From Ignicoccus islandicus DSM 13165 (GTDB lineage Archaea; Thermoproteota; Thermoprotei_A; Sulfolobales; Ignicoccaceae), in contig NZ_CP006867.1 of assembly GCF_001481685.1 (NCBI RefSeq), positions 90,001-122,000 on the forward strand: DNA of 32,000 nt, written 5' to 3'. This document shows positions 27,317-32,000 of the stretch, one piece after another. A program made the position numbers and the translations under genes. Numbering within the stretch: position 1 is the stretch's first letter; the number at the start of each line of letters is the position of its first letter. Under the pieces are notes generated by a model. The model saw only the letters and a list, made by a program, of their open reading frames with translations, did no database searches and had not been told where the DNA came from.

Positions 27317-27882
27317 ACATCTATACCGGCTTGTTTCAATCTATTTCTCATTGTTGGTACGTCCGTCTCTGGGAAGAGGGATAACCTCTCCCTAATTTTC
27401 CTAATGTTCAGTTGGATCTTCCCTCTCTTAGCGAGTTCGTTTACTCCCCTTATTTGGTCTATGGCATCCGGATCTTCGGACCTCGACTTCAACACTACGT
27501 AATCTTCGGGGGAAATCTTCCTTATCTTCACGCCTTGCAGCTCTATGGTCCCGGCCTCGTTCAGTATCTCTTCCGGAACGTAGAAGTCCATGATATTATC
27601 GTAGAACTCGACCTCCACTTGGCTCTTAGGACCCCTGACGGTGTATTTAGGGGTACCTAGGCCGGTATGACCGTACTCCCATCCCTTTTCGAACGCTAGC
27701 GTTCTAAAGAAGTCTTCCTCAACTAGCGCGAAATGGTTCGTCGGAAAGAGGTCTAGATCTCCACTAAACTTATTAGTGCGTAATTCTAACTCGATTGCAG
27801 TACTACCAATTATTACGCTTTCCAGACCTCCTTCTTCTAAGTTTTTCATGATGAATACTAAGTCATCTAGCGTATACGTCAA
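27313..27882 (-). CDS. Nucleotidyltransferase-fold protein (MNT/AbiEii-like superfamily)
   Basis: VIIGSTAIELELRTNKFSGDLDLF (GS...DxD-type motif), QVEVEFYD third acidic position, ISPEDYVVLKSRSEDPDAIDQI; 4-bp overlap with translin gene. Confidence 0.7.
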   Translation of the reverse strand: MTYTLDDLVFIMKNLEEGGLESVIIGSTAIELELRTNKFSGDLDLFPTNHFALVEEDFFRTLAFEKGWEYGHTGLGTPKYTVRGPKSQVEVEFYDNIMDFYVPEEILNEAGTIELQGVKIRKISPEDYVVLKSRSEDPDAIDQIRGVNELAKRGKIQLNIRKIRERLSLFPETDVPTMRNRLKQAGIDV

Positions 27883-27888
27883 ACCTCA

Positions 27889-28056
27889 TTACCTCTTGCC
27901 ACCTAACTCGTAGTGTTTCGGTCTCAAGTTCTTGCTCCTACACCTCCTACATTTCGTTGCTCCCCAAGGGTTGAGAGCTCCGCAGTTCCTACAGACGTAC
28001 TTTTTCAATGCCCTCTTTTGAACTATAGCAATTAGTTCGGGATCCGTTATTGGCAT
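27889..28056 (-). CDS. rpl40e: Ribosomal protein L40e
   Basis: 55 aa ORF missed by track: [55 protein letters not shown]; CX2C...CX2C zinc finger. Confidence 0.96.
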   Translation of the reverse strand: MPITDPELIAIVQKRALKKYVCRNCGALNPWGATKCRRCRSKNLRPKHYELGGKR

Positions 28057-28127
28057 TGTTCAACCACCGATGCTCACGTAAGGGTGGAAGTAATTTAATA
28101 GTTGTGCTAGACCGTTCAAGGGGTTCT

Positions 28128-28787
28128 ATGAGAGAAATATTAAATGCCATAATGAATCTCAGTTACGAGGAATTTAAAGATAGAGAGGAATTCTCGCTCC
28201 TCCGGGTAGATAGGGAAATAGTAGTAAGGATGGATGGGGTCAAATTCGGAAGGTTTACAAAGGAGTTCGGCAGTGTAAGAGATCCGACAGTTCACAACGC
28301 GCTCGTAAGCTCAACTAAGGCCTTAATTCAGACGTATTCTTGCGACGAAGCGTACGTCTCAAGCGACGAAATCAATGTCTTCTGTAAGAGACCTCCGTTC
28401 GCCGGAAGGATAGAGAAAATAGATAGCGTGTTCCCCTCCTTCGTTAGCGCTAATTTTTCCCTAGAGATAGGAAAGGCTGCTTGGTTTGACAGTAGGATCG
28501 TGTTAATTCGCGAAACCGAGTGGCCCAAGTACGTAGCTTGGAGATTGAAGGTAACTTTATGCAACTACGCCTCGAAGCTAACCAATCTCCCTTGCCACGA
28601 GGCGCTTACGACAATAGAACCCGACGAGTATGCTTTCGGAACTCTAATAAAGAGAGAAAAATATTTAAAGAGGGCAGTAAATCCTCTCACTGGGGAAGTT
28701 GTTACAGTAGAACGGAGAAAGTTGAAAGCAATAACTGGATGGGCCTTATTAGGAGAATTAAAAAATGTGGTAGGTAACCCCGGCTGA
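28128..28787 (+). CDS. Thg1-like protein (tRNA-His guanylyltransferase / 3'-5' polymerase family)
   Basis: IVVRMDGVKFGRFTKEFG, DPTVHNALVSST, YVSSDEINVF, RIEKIDSVFPSFVSANFS, AAWFDSRIV. Track start 28050 overlaps rpl40e; ATG 28128 (MREILNAIMN) preferred. Confidence 0.85.
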   Translation: MREILNAIMNLSYEEFKDREEFSLLRVDREIVVRMDGVKFGRFTKEFGSVRDPTVHNALVSSTKALIQTYSCDEAYVSSDEINVFCKRPPFAGRIEKIDSVFPSFVSANFSLEIGKAAWFDSRIVLIRETEWPKYVAWRLKVTLCNYASKLTNLPCHEALTTIEPDEYAFGTLIKREKYLKRAVNPLTGEVVTVERRKLKAITGWALLGELKNVVGNPG

Positions 28788-28885
28788 GAGTTAAACCGTG
28801 ATGAGGGAAGTTTTCAACCGAAGAGCTAAGTAAGACTCCCTAAATAGACGGACCCTATTTTTAACATTTTTAGCATCACTATACA

Positions 28886-30103
28886 TTGACGGGAACCAAC
28901 GTGTCAATACCTTCGGACGAGAGGACTCCCAGAACCTATGACGATGCTCAATACTCAATTGACGAAATTGAGGAATTGAAGAGGAAGTTAACGAAATTGC
29001 AAAAGGAGAATAAGAGATTGAGAGCTGAAGTAGAGTATTGGAAGACGGAAATAAACAAGATGACTTCACCTCCGCTCGTCGAAGCTACTCTCCTCGACGT
29101 GCTCCCAGATGGGAGGGCCATAGTGAAGTCCAGTGCTGGCCCTAGTCTCATCGTAGAGGTTAGCGGCAAGGTTCCTAAGGATCTACTGAGGCCCGGCGTT
29201 AGCGTAGCTATAAATCAGAGAGGAAACTTGATAGTTGAAGTGCTATCTAACATTGAGGACCCTAACGTTAAGGCAATGGAAGTAGTCGAAAGGCCTAAGA
29301 CGAGGTATAGCGATGTAGGTGGCCTCAAGGAGCAGTTAAGGGAAGTTAGGGAAGTAGTGGAATTACCTCTGAAGAACCCTGAACTATTCGAGGAACTCGG
29401 CGTGGAACCACTTAAGGGTGTCCTCTTATATGGACCTCCCGGTTGCGGTAAGACCTTGATTGCGAAGGCGGTAGCTGGAGAAGTAGGAGCCACCTTCATA
29501 AGGGTGGTCGGAAGCGAATTAATTAATAAGTTCATTGGAGAAGGCGCGAGGATCGTAAGGGAGGTATTCAACTTAGCTAGGAAGAAGGCTCCTAGTATTG
29601 TGTTTATTGATGAGATCGATGCAATCGCGGCCAAGAGAATAGAGTTGGGTACCAGTGGAGAAAGGGAGGTTCAGAGAACCCTCATGCAATTACTCGCGGA
29701 ACTGGACGGTTTCAACCCACTCAAAGGAGTTGCAGTAATAGGTGCCACTAATAGGTTAGACATACTCGATCCGGCAATACTTCGACCCGGAAGGTTTGAT
29801 AGAATAGTATACGTACCGCCGCCAGATAAGAAAGGCAGGTACGAAATATTCCTCATTCACACAAGGAAAATGAAGATGAGTCCAGACGTCGACTTAGAGA
29901 GACTGGCGGAATTAACGGAAGGAGCGACTGGAGCTGACATTAAGGCAATAGTAACGGAAGCTGGATACTACGCTATCAGAGCTGGAAGGAATTACGTAAC
30001 AATGGACGACTTCATGAAAGCTATAGATAAAGTGATGTCTAAGAGACTCGGAACCACGTACAGGCAAGCTCCAAAGAAGGAACATTCGCTAAATACAATT
30101 TAA
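28886..30103 (+). CDS. pan: Proteasome-activating nucleotidase (PAN), AAA+ ATPase
   Basis: N-terminal coiled coil ([24 protein letters not shown]), [50 protein letters not shown] region [14 protein letters not shown] start. Confidence 0.93.
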   Translation: MTGTNVSIPSDERTPRTYDDAQYSIDEIEELKRKLTKLQKENKRLRAEVEYWKTEINKMTSPPLVEATLLDVLPDGRAIVKSSAGPSLIVEVSGKVPKDLLRPGVSVAINQRGNLIVEVLSNIEDPNVKAMEVVERPKTRYSDVGGLKEQLREVREVVELPLKNPELFEELGVEPLKGVLLYGPPGCGKTLIAKAVAGEVGATFIRVVGSELINKFIGEGARIVREVFNLARKKAPSIVFIDEIDAIAAKRIELGTSGEREVQRTLMQLLAELDGFNPLKGVAVIGATNRLDILDPAILRPGRFDRIVYVPPPDKKGRYEIFLIHTRKMKMSPDVDLERLAELTEGATGADIKAIVTEAGYYAIRAGRNYVTMDDFMKAIDKVMSKRLGTTYRQAPKKEHSLNTI

Positions 30104-30546
30104 GCCCCATAGAACTCTCTATATTCCTTCTCGTACTTCTTAATGAATTCCTTGAAGGCTTCTCTACTCAATTGGTCAGCTTCCTTGTTCAATTCTCTGG
30201 GTACCCATTCCAATTGATATTCGAAGTCCTTCAGCAGTTCCATAGCTTTCCTATAAAGGGGTTTCATGCGTTCGGACCTCACTCTATATTCTCCTTTCAA
30301 TTGCCTTATAACTAGCTGCGAATCCCCCCTTATTTTGACCTTCTTAATTCCCTTCTCTTTAAGACATTCCAATCCCCTTATCAAGGCCGTGTATTCCGCC
30401 ACGTTGTTGGTAACGTCGTCTCCTAGGAAGCCGGCTCCTACTACGCCCTTTCCCTTGCATATAACTCTTCCGTCGCTCTTGGCCACGAATCCGTAAGTAG
30501 CTACGCCTCCCGGGTTCTTCGGTTCGCAAAGCCCATCGAAATACAA
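30100..30546 (-). CDS. rnhA: Ribonuclease HI-type
   Basis: [56 protein letters not shown] provide the expected acidic residues. Confidence 0.9.
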   Translation of the reverse strand: MYFDGLCEPKNPGGVATYGFVAKSDGRVICKGKGVVGAGFLGDDVTNNVAEYTALIRGLECLKEKGIKKVKIRGDSQLVIRQLKGEYRVRSERMKPLYRKAMELLKDFEYQLEWVPRELNKEADQLSREAFKEFIKKYEKEYREFYGA

Positions 30547-30556
30547 GACTACTTCC

Positions 30557-31720
30557 TTAGAGGAGATATGGGAGTTTCGCGTATCTCTTTGCGAATTCCT
30601 CTACCTCCGTCAATCGTATCTTCTCGTTCGGCTTATGGGCTTCCATGGAATCCCCGGGCCCCCAAGTTACCACGTCATATCCCCTATAGAACCTCATGTC
30701 TAAACCGGCCTCACATACCCTCTTCGGCTCGCCCCAAGTCTTTTCTATTAATTCCGCCAGTTCACTGTTTTCATTTAATATACCTTGATCAACGAACTTG
30801 ACCCTTACTTTACCTCTTCCTTCCACTATTTCCTCGATCTTCCTAACTACGTCCTCTGGGCGGACCTCGGGAACGGTCCTCACGTCTATCGAGAACTTAA
30901 ATGAACCTGGTATTACGTTTTCCTTGTTCGATGTAGAGTAAGCTACGCCACCTATGTTATAGACAGTGAACTTAGCCATGGGATGACCGCTGGTGTACTC
31001 GTACTTGCTGAAGGTCTTCGAGAACTCCTCTTTCAATGCTCTGTCTATTTCAATAGCTAATGATGCAGCTTTAATGAAGGCGTTCTCGCCGACCCATGGC
31101 ATGGAAGCGTGGGCTTGGACGCCGCTCACTTCCACCTCTAACCATATTACGCCTTTGTGGCCTATCCATACCGTTCTAGAAGAGGGCTCAGCTATCACCA
31201 CCTTCTTACCTACTGGGTACTTGTCCTTTAGCGCGTTTACTCTATAAGCAGTTCCGCATAACCCCCCAACCTCTTCGTCTGGAACTAGTACGGCCTTTAT
31301 TTCACTACCTTTCCAATTGGAAAGGTTAGCCATTGCTAACATTATAGCTGCTACGCCGCCCTTCATGTCAACTGCTCCCCTGCCTATAACGTAACCGTTG
31401 ACCAGCTTGGCATCGAACGGGTCGCTCTCCCAACCTTCGCCAGGGGGAACGACGTCGTAATGCCCATTGAATTCTAATAAAGGATCTCCATCCCCTACTT
31501 TGGCTATTATTATGGGTCTCTCGGAACCGGTAGGACAAACCTTCGATCTATAGTCCTTGTCTACGTATTCTATCTTGGCCTCAATACCTCGTTCTTCGAA
31601 CCATCCTTTAACGAATTTAGCGAACTCCTCGTACTGCTTGCCTTCTGGCGAGACTGTATCATACGAAATAAGTTTCCTGAGTAGGGAAAATGCATCGTTG
31701 ATGGATGACCACCGAAGCAA
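30557..31720 (-). CDS. M20 family deacylase/peptidase (DapE/ArgE/LysK-like)
   Basis: FNGHYDVVPPGEGW, GRGAVDMKGGVAA, PDEEVGG, HKGVIWLEVEVSGVQAHASMP, MEAHKPNE. Confidence 0.9.
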   Translation of the reverse strand: MLRWSSINDAFSLLRKLISYDTVSPEGKQYEEFAKFVKGWFEERGIEAKIEYVDKDYRSKVCPTGSERPIIIAKVGDGDPLLEFNGHYDVVPPGEGWESDPFDAKLVNGYVIGRGAVDMKGGVAAIMLAMANLSNWKGSEIKAVLVPDEEVGGLCGTAYRVNALKDKYPVGKKVVIAEPSSRTVWIGHKGVIWLEVEVSGVQAHASMPWVGENAFIKAASLAIEIDRALKEEFSKTFSKYEYTSGHPMAKFTVYNIGGVAYSTSNKENVIPGSFKFSIDVRTVPEVRPEDVVRKIEEIVEGRGKVRVKFVDQGILNENSELAELIEKTWGEPKRVCEAGLDMRFYRGYDVVTWGPGDSMEAHKPNEKIRLTEVEEFAKRYAKLPYLL

Positions 31721-31765
31721 ATTACCATAATAGAGCTAATTACCTTTTAGATAAAGGAATCGAAT

Positions 31766-32000
31766 TGGGTGAGAGCATTAGAGGATTGGGTGAAAAGCAA
31801 ATAAAAATGATATTCTATAGATATAGATTGAAGCTAAGCTATAGCGAAATAGGCGACATGCTCGGAACTTCGAAGCAGAACGTTCACTCTACGTTGAAAA
31901 GGATAAATCGGAACTATACGGAGTGCAAGGAGATCGTGGAACTAGTTGAACTCGCATCCAATCCGTTCGTAGAGGTAACCAAAGGTTCTAACGTTATGGA
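31766..32000 (+). CDS. HTH DNA-binding protein, Tfx-like N-terminus (runs off right edge)
   Basis: Open frame to the edge: MGESIRGLGEKQIKMIFYRYRLKLSYSEIGDMLGTSKQNVHSTLKRINRNYTECKEIVELVELASNPFVEVTKGSNVM; AAAGGA precedes TTG 31766. Absent from track. Confidence 0.6.

Overview
The window looks like an archaeal (crenarchaeal, probably Desulfurococcales/Ignicoccus-like; organism call is inference) chromosome segment. It is densely packed, mostly housekeeping genes, with many TTG/GTG starts and several overlapping convergent gene ends. Confident content: partial secY at the left edge; two CCA-encoding tRNAs (Leu-UAA, Pro-GGG); rfbC, trpB2, proS, a GT4-type glycosyltransferase, mre11; a 14-repeat/13-spacer CRISPR array with a plausible leader but no cas genes in the window; an ABC ATPase, HMG-CoA reductase, FtsX-like permease, leuD-type dehydratase; a PPP-family phosphatase with substituted metal ligands; a NikR-like regulator lacking recognisable nickel ligands; lysW-lysX; DUF655-ksgA; a roadblock-like/zinc-ribbon protein; nadA; an RNA-metabolism-flavoured neighbourhood (rtcA, uridine-kinase-like protein, PUA-like protein, translin, nucleotidyltransferase, rpl40e, Thg1-like); PAN; RNase HI; an M20 hydrolase; and a partial HTH gene at the right edge. 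The supplied ORF track misses lysW, rpl40e, partial secY and the right-edge HTH gene. No clearly new defence system is evident. The best leads are the likely pseudo-phosphatase, the translin-NTase gene pair within the RNA-end-processing neighbourhood, the roadblock/zinc-ribbon cluster, a GC-rich intergenic possible structured RNA at 25194-25280, and an anomalous CRISPR spacer.
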